Part shown: positions 26,561-39,200 of the stretch, piece by piece | How the letters are laid out: each line of letters starts with the position of its first letter | Position numbering within the stretch: the stretch's first letter is position 1 | Assembly (NCBI GenBank): GCA_036172245.1 | Contig: JAYWIR010000001.1 | Location: 6,014,001-6,078,000 of the forward strand | DNA from: Raillietiella orientalis | Lineage: Eukaryota | Length of the DNA stretch: 64,000 bases | Direction of reading: 5' to 3' | The notes under the pieces: model-generated | The model's input: only the letters and a program-made list of their open reading frames with translations | Databases searched by the model: none | What the model was told of the DNA's origin: nothing | Made by a program: the position numbers and the translations under genes

Positions 26561-27299
26561 GATGCACAAGAGAGTTGACGTGGAATAGAGCTAGCAGAAA
26601 TGCCTGCTAGACATTGTACGTCCATTGGGGGCACGGGAAAACACGACAACAAATGTCGTTAAACAAATGGTGGATCGCAGTTTGTCACGAATACCACCAC
26701 ATTGTATCGATTGTCAGCCTGCAAATCCTATACATTGCCAGACACCTTTCTGTAAGGTATACAGATGCCATACATTCAGCGGATTCGTTTATCGACTCCG
26801 CTGAGCAGGAGGACGTCTCTGTGAGAGCAAGTTTTATTTGTAGCCCCAATCGACAGAGAAGAAACTCCAGGGCATATCGAAAGACACTCTCAGCTCTGTA
26901 GCTCGCCAATAGCAGCCTTCGTTGATCAAAGCAGTGATGTGCGGGAACACTGAAACGATCGTTATTGAAGGATGTTTTGCCGGATTTTGTGCAGAGGTGT
27001 TTCCAGTTCAAGTGGATTCGACTTGACATTGCAGAGATTGTGTCCTCAGAAACCAGTTGAAGCTTCCCCCCCCCCCCCTTCAGAATACACGTCATCGTAG
27101 CCTGCGCAGAGTTGAGTTGCTTCAAAATCGCTTCGGCAGTGTGGGAAGATTATCAACACTTGGGGTTCTGAGGCAGCAATGACCGAGAACTCAACGGTCT
27201 GAAAGATAAGACCATCCTGACATCGTTAATCTTGGGATGATAGCATCAACTATGACTTGGATGTGGATTCGGTGCGCGCGCGCGTGTGACACACCGCGC

Positions 27300-28260
27300 G
27301 CATTGAAATTTCCGTTTGGTTTACCGACCAGACATGAATGTAGGAAAGAAGCATCGAGAATCATTGAAAGCAATTCAAGAAAAGGACCCTGAAGTCCGAG
27401 CCGTGCTACGACCACGCCCTTTCCTATTGATTCATTTGAATCTGAGAAGGGTCTATCCTTACAAAGGAGAAGACACACATGTTGAAGCCTCCGTACTTCA
27501 CGGGAAACTCTAGCAGGATGACCCCATTGATGAAACTGAAAATAATGATGCCCCCTTCTCGACGCTGACGATGAAACTGAAATTCGAAATCTGTCGGAAA
27601 GATTTCCGTCAAATGGAAGTTGACTGCGGCGGATACCAGCTGCGCCGTTTTCTTCCTTCCTTCGAATGTCTTCCACTTGCTTCCAAAAAGTGACGCATGC
27701 AAACGAAAGCATACCTACTCCCAGAATGAAATCAAGAAACGCAACAAACGCCGAATGTGGAGAATCTGGCGAATCCAGGAGTCAATGGATTGACGTGTGA
27801 GGCGTCCTGCGGGGATAGCGTTTCCAGCCAATGATGAAGAAATGACATGCGTTTATTGGGATACCAAAGGGACCCAGAAATTCCTATCACTAGTATTCTG
27901 TTGTGTGATGCGCAGTTTGCAAACAGCCGCTAACAATTCACTTGCATCAGCGAAAAATGATCTGTGGAGTCACAGATCATACGGGAGAACATTCCCTCTG
28001 CCACATTTTCTGCGAAAACGAGACGTCCTGCTGCCAGCCCAACTGGGAACGCGCGGAAAGACCTTGCGGCTCCTTTCCTTTCATCTGGTCTACCCGTGAT
28101 CAGCTACTTTGCTGGCTGGTGAAGGGCTCTCTGAAGAGGAATGTCTGCATGGTCCTCGAGTTGGAACGGCTCCATGCCTCGGTACTCGTTCCATCCCCGA
28201 GAGAGAACGGGAAAGATGCATGGAAAAGAGAGGCGTCATGGAGCACAAGGGTGAAGGTTC
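27300..28260 (+). mobile_element. Decayed RTE-like LINE relic
   Basis: VRAVLRPRPF (~RQG.VLSP.LF), *QDD (~YADD), NEIKKRN...W (~EI.RRI..W), RKMICGVT (~R.I.GVT), SPRENGKD (~GRPR.RW.D). Confidence 0.55.
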
Positions 28261-29354
28261 GCGCACGCGCAGATGCGAGTGCATTATCGAATAAGGGGAC
28301 GCACCCTTCACACGTTGTGCTGCCGTGTGCTGTGAACAAGACAACGGCTCGGGGGCCATAGCTTTACGAAGGAGCAGATCGAGTGTCGAATAACACGAAT
28401 GGACCCAATAATGCCCCTAGCTAGGAAAACTCCTTCACTGAACTTTTTTGTTTTCGTTTGTTATCTGCCCATTCCATTCATGCACGCATTGCATTCGTTC
28501 ATTCATTACATCACATCTGATTAATCACCAATCCATCGTTTTCTGTGACGTATATTACTGCATTGATGTCATTGCCGCTTTCTCATGAAACAGAAGCAGC
28601 AGCAACAACAGTAAGGTTGTCATCTTAAGAGAGGGAGCGAAGCAGCCAGCGGTGAGGGTTTCAAAAAGCGAAAGAGATGCGAACAAGCATTCTCTAATCT
28701 GCGAATGCGTGTTCCACACTGCGACACCTCCCCGCGTTGCGCGATTTCTTGCATTTTTCACAGTACTTTGGGTTGGTGATCAGGAGTTTGCAAACCCAGA
28801 AACGCGAGGGATCGCTGCCCTTCAGGGGCCAGAGACCGTGAAAAATGGGCCCGAGACAGTGGGCTTCTTCCTGCGTCTCGCCTTTGTGTGCTTCTCGGAA
28901 AATTCCGCCGCTCTCCTTCGGGTCCCTCCCGCTCTCGCGCTCTCGAAATCACCATCACCTTCCTTCCATCCGGCACTCGCCCTTGTTTGCTGCGAGCGGG
29001 GGCGCCACCTCTGGGCGCTTTTCCCAAGAGCGATCGTCTGCCCCCGGCTGCGGGAAACGGAGACTGCAAGGCGTCCCGGCTCCGCGGTTTCCACCGCTTG
29101 GTTGCAGACCTGAAGCGCTCCACCCCGCCCACGAATTGGCTACTTTAAAGCCATGTCCCCCATTCCCAGAGCATCCATTTTCTAGCGAGGGGAACTTTGA
29201 ACTCTACGAGCCCCCAAAGCCGAATGCGCTACCGCCTTATCTGCAACGCGTCCCAGCCGTGCTCGTTAAGGAATGCGCTACCGCGGTTTTACCTTCACCT
29301 TCACCGTCCCCTTTGCAAGAGAACAAAAAGGGTTTTTTTCAACACTTTTTTTTT

Positions 29355-29700
29355 CTAAAAACGGAAAAACAAGATCTTTTCTATTTTTTGGGGAGTTTTA
29401 TCTTCGCTTCTCGTGCTGCTGCATTCCCTCACCATGGAGACGGGCAAAAACACCTGGTTGAAGGGCAACCAGGCATTCTCCGACTCTTTTCTCGCTGCAC
29501 GATGATGGGGAACAACAGGTAGATCCTGTAGAACCGGAACCATGATCCATTCTTCCTTTCTGGCAATCGGAACGATGATAGTTGCTGCGCCGCCGCAACT
29601 TTTTTTGTCAGAGGTTTCGGTGGAAACCGCCAGAAACATCCCGCGCGCGCACTCGTTGAAACAGAAACGCTATCCTCATCATTCTGAGCGAAGTGGCAAT
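29355..29700 (-). mobile_element. Possible LINE RT N-terminal relic
   Basis: ATIIVPIARK (~A.IVPI.KKG) followed by HRAARKESE; weak. Confidence 0.3.
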
Positions 29701-29804
29701 CCACGAGATCGGTTTCATTGGTGCGCGTTAATCGCTCAGTGGAGTGCATCGATTTAATTGATGGTCATCCCTTTTTTGCGGTGATGCACGAACGAAGCCT
29801 GCGT

Positions 29805-29925
29805 TGGCGGCCGCGTGGCTGCGGGCCCTGCTCGAGACATCGAGAGTTGCGGGTTCGAATCCCTCCTGGGGAAAGATCGACGCCGAGAAATAAGGGGTGC
29901 GTCGCGGGATTCGAGTCCCCCTCCA
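29805..29925 (+). mobile_element. tRNA-derived SINE-like head or tRNA pseudogene
   Basis: GGCCGCGTGGC (A-box-like), then B-box/T-arm GGGTTCGAATCCC (29851-29863) and a second B-box-like GGGATTCGAGTCCC (29906-29919). No complete cloverleaf or acceptor stem. Confidence 0.45.
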
Positions 29926-30639
29926 CAGCAGGACGACTCTGGTTGGTTTGTAGGCTGTGGGTGAGGCACTGGTGGAAACCAGGTGCCCCCGTTGACTGTC
30001 CGAGGTCCTTCCAGGAATTAAGCAGTCGGTGCCCTTGGAGATTCGCCTCCAGTTGTGGAAATGGGGCCGTCCCCTTCGTTTCCGGGGGGGACCCTCTATT
30101 GCTCACCATGGAGCTGGTTGATACCCCTCTCGGGGGGTTGACTGCCTCTCCAGAGTGTCAAGAAGCGCTCTGCTCCCTTCAGGGAGCGTTCCTTCGGGGT
30201 TCTCTTCAGAGGAGGAAACCAGGAGCGGACCCTTTCCGGGAGGTCCCTCCAGACAGAATAAGAGGCTCCCTTCGGGGTTCCCTACCAAGCGTAGGAGAGG
30301 AAATGACTCCTTCCTCCGGAGGGTTCCTGGATTCATAGGATGGTCCCCTCCGGGGGTACCCCCTAACTTGAACACACATCCTTAATGAGCCTCGTGACCC
30401 CCTACCCCCTCCATCCTTGAAAAGGAGAGCGGTTCTTTAGCACTTTGCGAGCCGGAAAAAAAAAAAAAAGGGCTGAAAGGAAAGCAGCTAAAACAGAAGA
30501 TCCCCAAAGGTTGGAAAACCCTTTTTTCCCCGTGACGTACGGCACCGCCGCAAAAGAAGAAAGAAGACATTCCGAGATTTTCCCTCTTCTTGGATAGAAG
30601 CTTTTTCCGAAGCGTGCTTGAGAGCTGGATGATTCTGAC

Positions 30640-31100
30640 CCCCGGCTGGTGCACTGCGACACTGGAATCGGCCCCGGTTGATGGCTGACGACACACTCAA
30701 TCAAGAGCTCGAGATTCTGTCTCTGCACCGGATCCCGTCTGTTTCCTCCACAGACCAATCACTCGCAGAGCTTCTTCTCCGAGACGGACAGATCAATTTC
30801 CCAACTTTTCCCGAGGACGCGGTTGCCTATCTCGCCAGTTTATCTCGCGCCGTCGATCCAATGTGGATATTTCATCGTCACCTCGCGGTCTGCCCACGTG
30901 TGCGGTGCAAGCGGTCGGGAGGAACGAAACATCCATGCGGGGAGATTTTTACCTGTGGTCCTGGGCTAGGGCAAGACCACCAAACGCGCTGCTGCATCCC
31001 GACAGTCGGTCCCACTTTCGCCCAGGATACCCCCGCATGCGAGTAGAGCAAAGGATCTATTCGTTTCAGATGGGGTCAGATGGGAAAGGTCGGGAATGCG
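30640..31100 (+). mobile_element. Decayed jockey/CR1-like RT C-terminal relic
   Basis: ORF 30678-31046: MADDT (~YADDT)..ELEIL, then RDGQI...VAYLASL...W.FH (~NG..I...VKYLG..D..L.W..H). Confidence 0.5.
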
Positions 31101-32259
31101 TCTCGCGAGACACTCATTAATAAAAATTCATACGGTGACCCGAGTGCCAATGGCACCCCTTTTGCTCTCCTGCTTTGATGTCTCTTCCAAATACGGATGC
31201 TCGGTGGCGTTGCTTCGGACGCGAGGTCCCTCTTTTTCCCCCTTGCACATGCCCGCTTGTGGTCCACGACAGCTTGCAACACATCGTGCTTCATTTCAGA
31301 AGATTCATCTCCCCCTTCCCCTTCTTCTCTTCTTTCTTTCCCTCGGCACGATGCGGATTAACGTGTGTGTTGCGGATGTCACTGGCCGGCCGCAATTTCT
31401 AGGAATCGTCATCCTTTCCACGCTCTTGCCTTACGCCTGCAGTATGGGTAGGGGAAGGCAAGGGCTCCGATTAGCTGCTTTTGAAAGCCACCGTGGAAGG
31501 GAGATTTCCGATTCCTCCCTCTCATCCTTGATCTTTCCTCTCCCTGTGAGTATGCGTGCGACCGTTGGCGAAAATTCAAGTGGGAACTTTCAAGGGTTTT
31601 TTTTTTTTTTTTTTTTTTTTTCCGATTCGCATTCTGGCAGCCCGTTTTCGCGCCCGAGCAAGCGTGCGGCCGCGTTCCTGTTAGACCATGCGTCTTGACT
31701 CCACCCACTTTCCTCAGGTGCTGCAGTCCTTTTTTTTTTGTTTTTCCTTCAAATAAATAAATAAAAAAGAATCTGCCTCGTGTTTCAGTCTCCTTGGGAA
31801 CGTCTTTCCGAAGCGTTGCTCACACAGGGCGTGCGTGCTCCCAAGCTCCATGTTCAGCAACGGCGCGCGTTTCCTAGGTCAGGCTCACCGCTACGCGCGT
31901 GAGGTTTCTTTGCTTTCTCGCGGCGGCCACCTGTGGAAACGGGCGTTCGTGGACCGGCGGCATTCCGACGCAGCCAAGGGACTGCACCTTCATCCTCGAT
32001 TGGGAACGATTCGCATTCAGAAAACAAGAAACACGAAAACGTGAAGCGGCGCGCCACAAAGGTTGAAGGGACAATGGCTTCGATGACGTATCACCACCAG
32101 TGAGTGACGCGTACACCTTGGTGATGGTCGCCACGAAACACGGCCGCGGTGTTGCTGAAAGTAGGGGTCCGAGCTAGCCGAACGGATTTCTGAAGCAGCC
32201 CGTTCTTCCGCGAACGAACACTCCATGTGTTTACTCTGAAATTTGCCTAATTAAACAAA

Positions 32260-33050
32260 TATGTCGCCGACTGCCCTGGTGAAGAGGTACGGCGTGCCAC
32301 ACGAGAACGCTATCGGCAGTGCACCGTACGCAACTCCTTCGCGAGTGGTGCCGGGGATTGAAGGCTTCTTTCCGAGGGGCCCACGACGCGTGCCGCGTGT
32401 CACTGTTGCGCTCTGCGTCACCCCGGCTAACGAGCGTTTCCAACCCATTTCGGTTCTTCCGCGAGGGGAAAACGCGCTTTACAAAAATCACTGCCGACCT
32501 CTGCGCTGCAACGACCGATTCCCGATCGCCCCTTTTGTTCTCCGACGGGGACGCCCCCATCCAGAGATGCCGCTTCCTCGCTCGAGGATTCGTCCGTCAG
32601 AGATCTCGGAGAGAGATTTCACGGCGTTGCGTGGGGATGGACGGCGGCGGAGGTTGCGTTGGCCCGTGTGCAGCAAGGGGAGACAAGTGCTCGCGGCCGG
32701 AAGTCTCCTCAACGGCTAACAGAATACGCGCGTCTTTCGCGGGAAGGCGGCTGCTGCCCCACGTTCGCGGATGGATGATTGTGAATGCGCTGCATAGGGG
32801 GGAAAGGGAGCGATGGGGGATGGGGGGGAGGAAACACACACTACACGCACACACACACAAAAAACAACTCTCTGTCCTGCCGAATCCAAAAATGGTCGTG
32901 GGGAAAAGCTTTGACGCGCATTCGCGTTTGCTCGATGGCGATCGCACGTCCGTCTGACCGTGCGGATTGCAGCATGTTCCCGGCCGCAGCTGACCCACCT
33001 TCTTCCCTCCACGTCTCCACCCCCCTTTTTTCCCCTTCCTTCCCCCTCAG
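32260..33050 (+). mobile_element. Decayed non-LTR RT relic
   Basis: GFFPRG..V.V (~G.FP..WK.A.V), RFQPISVL...LYK..CRPL (~YRPISLL..K...RL), FVLRRGR (~GFR.GR), LLDGDRTSV (~YL.DR...V). Confidence 0.5.
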
Positions 33051-33534
33051 GAACGAGAGCAGGTTCTCGCTGAAACCCTGCACGCGCTGCTTTCCTCTCG
33101 TGCCCCGCACCTCCCCGCGGCGTTTCTCGTTTGCATGGCTCTTCCCGTGGCTCGCGGACAACGCACTGCCCTCCCCTTCTTCCGGGTTTCGGTCCGGAGT
33201 GTCTGCGTGTCCGACAGTCGGCCTTTCGAGCGACAGACGTCTGTCCAAAAGCACGAGCCACGCAGGGTTGAGGACCAGCCGTCCGTCCGGAGGACAAGGA
33301 CGCAGCGCGTTTCCTTCTCGAGCATCTACACTACCTGCGCGAAAGGACAGATAGGAAAAGAAAAAGACAGGTGCCATAGAACGGCTCGCATTGCTTCTTC
33401 CAAGCCAATGTGGGGTGGTGTTCTTGCAGCACTTGCAGTTGGTTGCGTGTGCTCATCAGTGCCGCGGTAGCGAAAGCATGTCTTTTCACGCATGCACGTC
33501 ATCTTGCAGCTCCCGTCTCCCGGTCTGCATGCAG

Positions 33535-35776
33535 CGTCCAAGAGAGGCTCAAGGAGATCAACGAAAGACTGAGGGCCGACCGAACGCCAGCGGGGCCCTC
33601 CAAGGGCTGCAGAGTGAGCTTCAAGGAGTCCCTGGTCGAGTACAGGGAGTCCCCGATCTACAGCTCTTCCGGTGAGTCGAAGACACGGCAGTGCCTCCTT
33701 ACGGCATCTCCCCCCCCCACCTCCTCATGTGCCTCCTTCCGATCTCCTTCTCCTCTCCTCCGCTCCCCTTCAGACGACAGCTTCTCCGATACACCCACTT
33801 ACTTCGAAGACGACGCGGAAGAGCTGACCGAATACGAAGACCTGACCCTGGATGTCGAGGGCGCTTACAGGCGCGAGTTCCAGTCGCTGTCGGAGCTGTC
33901 GACCGAGGAGAGCGACCGCTCTGGACTGTCCAAGCAGGAGCAGCACCGCGCCGGAGAGGAGGAGCGCGGGGAAGGCGTCGCAAGCCCGGCAGCGGTCGTG
34001 GTGGAGTTTCGGAAGGACAGGGGTGGCGCCCTCCCGCGCTCCGTGGCCGCCACTGACCACGCGAGGAAGGTGGCGCTTCCCGGGGCTGCCGGTAGGGACC
34101 GCTTGAAGGCGGCGGCGGGCATCTGGAGGCGTCCCGTGGACAGGAGCTCCGTGCTCAACAGGTGCGCGCCATTCCTTTTCTGTCAGGCGCTTCCTAAAGA
34201 GGCGCTTGCTTGGATGATCACCCCGGCAACGAGCCGGGGGACGGCGCAGAGGGAGGACAAAGTGATCCTCTCTTCTCTCCCCCGCAGCGCGCCGGGGACC
34301 TGGGTAGGCAAGCAGACCAAGGGCAAGCTGAAGAACCCGGCGGCGAAAGCGAAGGACGTCGGCCGGTTGCCTTCCAGCGCGCGTTCTTCAGCGAAGAAAA
34401 AGACCAGGTAGCCCCCTGGTTCACCACTCTTTCGCACACGCCCCCGACTGCCCCCCGCGCGGGGCCGGCTTCCTCCTCCTCCTCCTTTAGGGACACTCCC
34501 CACTCCTGGAGACCGCGCCACAGCCTCTGGGTTTCTGGTCTTGCGCCTCCAACGCGATGGGATCCGAGTGGGAAGCGCTTCCTCCTCCGCTGGGACGTGC
34601 TCCTGGGAGCCTCTTCTGCGGGCAAGTGCCCGCCATCCCTCCCTCGTGCCCGCCGAACGTCGGGGTCGGAATTTCCTTCCTGGTGCACCTCGAGCCACGC
34701 CCATCGAGTCTCCACCGCCTCAAGTGTGGCGCTGCTTGCAAGGCCACCTCCACGCCTTCCAGTGGTCACAGAAGGGCGAACGGATGCCCTTGAGGGTCCA
34801 GGAGTAGGGGAAAGAGAGACCACGGGCAGCACAAAACAACTCCTTCTGCCACGTCACAGTCCCACGTGGGGGCAGACCGGCGGGTTAAGGAGGGTGGTGG
34901 TTGGACCAGCGTGGTCGCTCGGGGCGTCAAACGCACTGGTCCATTGGCTCTCCGGACGCCACCCGTCTGATAGCAGAGTGGCCAGGAGGGTCCCACTCGC
35001 GGCGCTCCCCGTCCTGGACCACCTCCCTTCGGATGGCCATACCCGCCGCGGTGTGGATGCACGACCCCGGTCCGAACGCCTCGAGGAGGGCACTCTGCCA
35101 GGAGCAGGAGGCCGACGCTGCAGGTGCGCCCCTGCCGGACGCATCTGTGGAGCGCTTCCATGCAAGGGGAAGGTCCCTGCCGGAGAAAAAGGGCACGTCC
35201 TCTCTATAGTTTGCCCGCCTCGAGCCAAAAAGGAACGGAGCAGTGGTGGTAGTTCCGCCTTTTCCCTAAGTCCGCGTCGCTTTGCCAGTGGCGACCCTCC
35301 TCTCCCCGCATCAGCCTCTTGACGTCTGACAGAATGTCCCAGGTTCGACCAACCCCACCCCAGAAGAACCCACTGGCGGCGGAAAATGTGGCGATTCGCC
35401 CAGACCGTGTCTTTTTCAGAAACGTGTATTCTTGGCTGCTCTAGACATTCCCTCCTCCTCTTCCCAACACGACGCACACGCGCGCGCCGCCTGCTGACGC
35501 CTTCCTCTGACGGACGGCCGCCTCGTGGCGGTTGCTTGTACTTGCAGTTTGCACGGGAGGAGGCCGCACGAGATGGACAAGTGGCTGCTGGCGAGGGCCG
35601 AGCGGGGCTGCTCTCGCCAGACGAGGAAGCTGCTCGAGGCACTGGGCGAGGCGGAGTCCCAGCGCAGGGCGGAATCCGACAAGGCCTTCCGCTCTTGGCT
35701 CGCTTGCAAGAGGCTTAAGGAGCAGCAGAAGGCCCACGGCGCGGTCCGGTTCGCCGGATCCGTAGAGACCATCTGA
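33535..35776 (+). CDS. CCDC181/CCDC34-like coiled-coil protein; start codon and middle exons unresolved
   Basis: Supported exons 33535-33671, 33774-34161, 34288-34407, 34491-? and last exon 35548-35776 (TGA), with GT donors and pyrimidine-rich acceptors. Peptides ERLKEINERL..RVSFKESLVEY, an acidic tract and C-terminal RRAESDKAFRSWLACKRLKEQQ resemble recalled CCDC181 motifs (K/R.F.D.LV.; AF..WL..K). Confidence 0.5.
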
Positions 35777-35943
35777 ACGGAGGGGTCGCCCGCCGTCTCC
35801 GGACTTCCTCCCCGAAGTGAACGGCCATGCACCACGCACGCACGCACGCACGCTGCCGGCCGGGCAGGCAGCGACAGTTCAACAACGGATGGGGCTCAAT
35901 GCTCGAACCTTCTCTCTCGCGAGCGAGCGCGCTCGATCGCTCC

Positions 35944-35979
35944 TTTTTTTTTTTTTTTTTTTTTGATTTTTTTTTTTTT
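35944..35979 (+). repeat. Poly(T) tract between the convergent CCDC181-like and echinoid 3' ends
   Basis: T-runs interrupted by GA. Many other homopolymer and (GA)n runs occur in the window, e.g. 2503-2522. Confidence 0.8.
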
Positions 35980-36252
35980 GGTTTCTTGTAGAAAATTCAT
36001 AAAAGTGCTGTTAGATTCCCGGTCACGCAGCGAGTAGCGCTCTTGGACGAGGCTACTGCGCGTTGGGGTCTTCTGAGCTGTTGGCATGGCAAGGCTGAGA
36101 TCAACGCGTGCTTATCACAACGCATGGTTGGCATGGCGGCGAGCAGGTTCGCATGGCCGCCGCCGCTGCTGCTGCTGCTGCCGCTGTGGCGACGGCGTTC
36201 CGTCGCGAAAGGGGCGAAGACTAGCTCGAGGTGATGCGGTGGGGTCGGCCGT

Positions 36253-39200
36253 TCACACGATGATTTCGCGGATCACTCGGCGGTTTCTGGCCGCGGCGGC
36301 GACGACGGCGGCGGCGCTCTTGGGCTCCATCCCCGAGCCGCCGCCACCGCCGCCGCCGCCAAAGAAGCACTTCTTGTCCGCGCTCTGGCCCGGGTACGGG
36401 TCGGGGAGGCCGTTCAGCTCTGGAAAAGGGTGGTCACCTTTGGGGAAGGCTGCGCGGATCGGCGGGAGGCGCTCCGCTGCCGCCGCTCTCGAGGAGACCT
36501 TGAGGGGGGGAACACTCACCGACAGACTCGCCTCCGATTCTTCCAGCCGGCGGCGGCGGCGGCGGAGGCCACTGCTGCTGCGCGTACGCCTCCGCCGCCT
36601 TCCGCTGGGTGAAGAACTCGTCCGCAGCCGGAGGTTCCAGCCTGCAGCCGTGCTGCTGTTGTTCGTAGGCGTACGATCCTCCCCCGCCGTCCAGGCTGCT
36701 GCGTCCGGTGCCGCCCTTCCACAGCGACTCCTGAGACGACTCCCCATGGTTCGAGTTGGAGTAGCCGCCGCCGCTCTCCCCGTACGCAGGGGCTGCAAAG
36801 ATTGCGCGTTGCCAATGTTGTGCGCGACGGCCGCGGGCGAGGGACCCACCTCCTCCGTTGGCGTGGTACGGCGCGTGCTTGGAGTGGTAGAAGCCGAGAC
36901 CGGGATCCTTCTGCAGGGACGGGTCAACCCCCTTGTTGTCGATGCCGTTGGACATATAGTAGGGGGGCGGGGCCACCTGGGTCACCATGCTGGGGCGGAT
37001 CCTGGAGGGGGACGACGGTTGTCGTGAGAGCCGAAGGCCCTCCCCCCAGGGGCGAACCTTCTGTTAGAGTCCTTCTCGACGTCCTTCCCTTTCCTCCAGC
37101 ACCTGTACGCGAAGACGGAGAGCAGCAGCAGGAGCAGTGCCAGTCCGACTACGACGATGACCACGAGGTAGTCCACCGGGAGCGTCAGATTGGCGGAAGT
37201 GGTCTGGGGCAGCGACGTCACTGCGGGGGGGAACCCGCGCGCGCGGGAGGGGGGCGTCGGAAATACTCTCTCCCGAGGACTGCTCCCGCTTACCGACGTC
37301 GGCGTCCACGGTGCGCGAGCAGACGGACGTATTCTGCAGAAGGCAGAGGCGCACCCTCACGCCTTCGATCTCGCCCTGCTCATCGCCGATCTGCATCTGC
37401 CCGCGGCTGCTGTCCACGGGGACTTCCCCGTAGATGCGCCAGGGCTGGTCGGTCGCCGTCAGCACGTCGACCAGGGCCAGCAGCTCGGTCGACCCCGGCG
37501 GGAAGAGGCTGAACTCCACCGTGCGGTCGGAGCGCCCGTAGCGCACCTGGACCGGCTCCGGCAGGTGCTGTGCACTGGCGACGGTCGTGCTGGCGATGGT
37601 CGCCTGCGAGAAGGCGCTCTCCCCGCGCGCGTTGAGCGCCTTCACCTGCGTGCGGAAGGCAGAATGGTCAGCAGCACAGGGAGGGGTGGGGAAGAGGGTT
37701 GACCTTGAACGCGTAGGCCGTCTGGGGGTGCAGGTCCGTGATGTTGCAAGGGTTGTAGGTCCTGCAGTCGAACTGCTTCTGGAGCCCGGAGCTCAGCGAC
37801 GCCGACACCAGGAAGGTCGTGTTCTCGTAGCCGCCGTCGAAACCCTCCTGCCACTGGAGCAGGATCCAGCTGTCGCCCGCGGCGGCGGCCTTGGGGAGCT
37901 GGGGCGCCTCCGGGGCGCTTCTCCGCTGCAGTTTGATGACGGTGCGGTAGTCGCCCAGCGAGTTGGAGGCCCGGCACGTGTACTCGCCGTAGTTGGCCGG
38001 AGTAACGGGGGAAATTTTGAGGCGCGACTCGTACACTTCGCCGCCTTCCGGCGATGCGACCCCCGCGGCGGCCGGGTTGGGCAGCGACGAGAGGCCGTTG
38101 AACGTCCACTCGAAGACGGGCTGGGGATAGGCCTGCATCCGGCACACGATGTGTACGCTCTCGTTGACCTCTGCGGCGACCTTGTTGTGCTTGTGCCGCA
38201 GGACGGGGGAATCTGGAAAGTGCACAGAGACCTCCGCTGGCGCCCGCAGCCAGCGCCCCGCGCCGCTTACGCTCGATGACGAGGGTGGTGCTGCCGCCGG
38301 CCGCCTCTTGCACCTCGTTCCGGAACAGGCACGTGTAGTTGCCCCGGTCGGAGGGCAGCAAGGCGTCTCCCTCGCGGCCAGGTCCGCGGAAGAAGAGCAC
38401 CGACCGAGAGGCGAAGAGCTCTCTGTGGGAGACATCTGACAGCACTTCGTAAAAGGGGTCGCCCGGAAGGATCTCCTCGCTGTCCTTGAGCCAGGACGCC
38501 GAAGGCTGTGGCTTCGCTCTGCACTCGCAGACGATGCTGAAGTTGCTGTCCCCGGCCCTCCGGATGAGGACGGGAATCATGTGGTTGATGAGCCGTGGCG
38601 CCACCAGCACCTCAAGCTGGAAGCTGCCCGGAGCTCCCCTGCCGACGGCGTTGCCCGCCTGGCAGTGGTAAACGCCCTCGTGGCTGAGGTGCGTGCGGTT
38701 GATGGAGAGCTCCCTCCCTCTGGCGACGGGTGCGTCCGGGTTCTGACGCCACCACTCGTAGGTGGGCTCCGGCCACCCGGGCGGTTCGGCACCGCAGACG
38801 AGCACCGTGCTCTTCCCTTCGACCGCGTGCTCCTGCCTGGACTGGATGAGCGCCCTCCCTGGCCTGTGACGGATCCTCAGGTGGAAGGTGGCGTTGGTGG
38901 TCCTCTCGACCGGACCCGGGGACCCATACGGGCGCAGGACAGCCGCCGCGTGGCAGATGTACCGCCCCGCGTCCGCTGCGGAGGCGGCCCCCAGCGAGAG
39001 CACTGGCCCGCCCTGGCGGAACGACTCGTCACCATGCCGACGCCACTCGATCAGCGTCGGCTTGGGGTTGGACGTAACGTCGCAGCGCACGCGCACTTCC
39101 TGGCCCTCGTTGAACTCCTGGATGTCCCCGTCCTTCACGCCGAGCTTGGGACCGTAGAGCACGTCCAACGAGAGGTGGTCCTTGCCAAGCTGCCCGAGGC

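Noticed and set aside
26900..27120. Possible hAT dimerisation-domain relic on the minus strand (FSVPA..DQR); a similar hint on the plus strand at 63092-63391
   Set aside because: Single weak motif each, not enough without an HMM search.
29805..29875. Functional tRNA gene
   Set aside because: B-box is present but there is no acceptor stem or proper D and anticodon arms; kept only as a SINE-like head.
34162..34186. 25-nt micro-intron in the CCDC181-like gene
   Set aside because: Using the 34186 acceptor gives a stop within about 10 codons; the 34287 acceptor keeps the frame.
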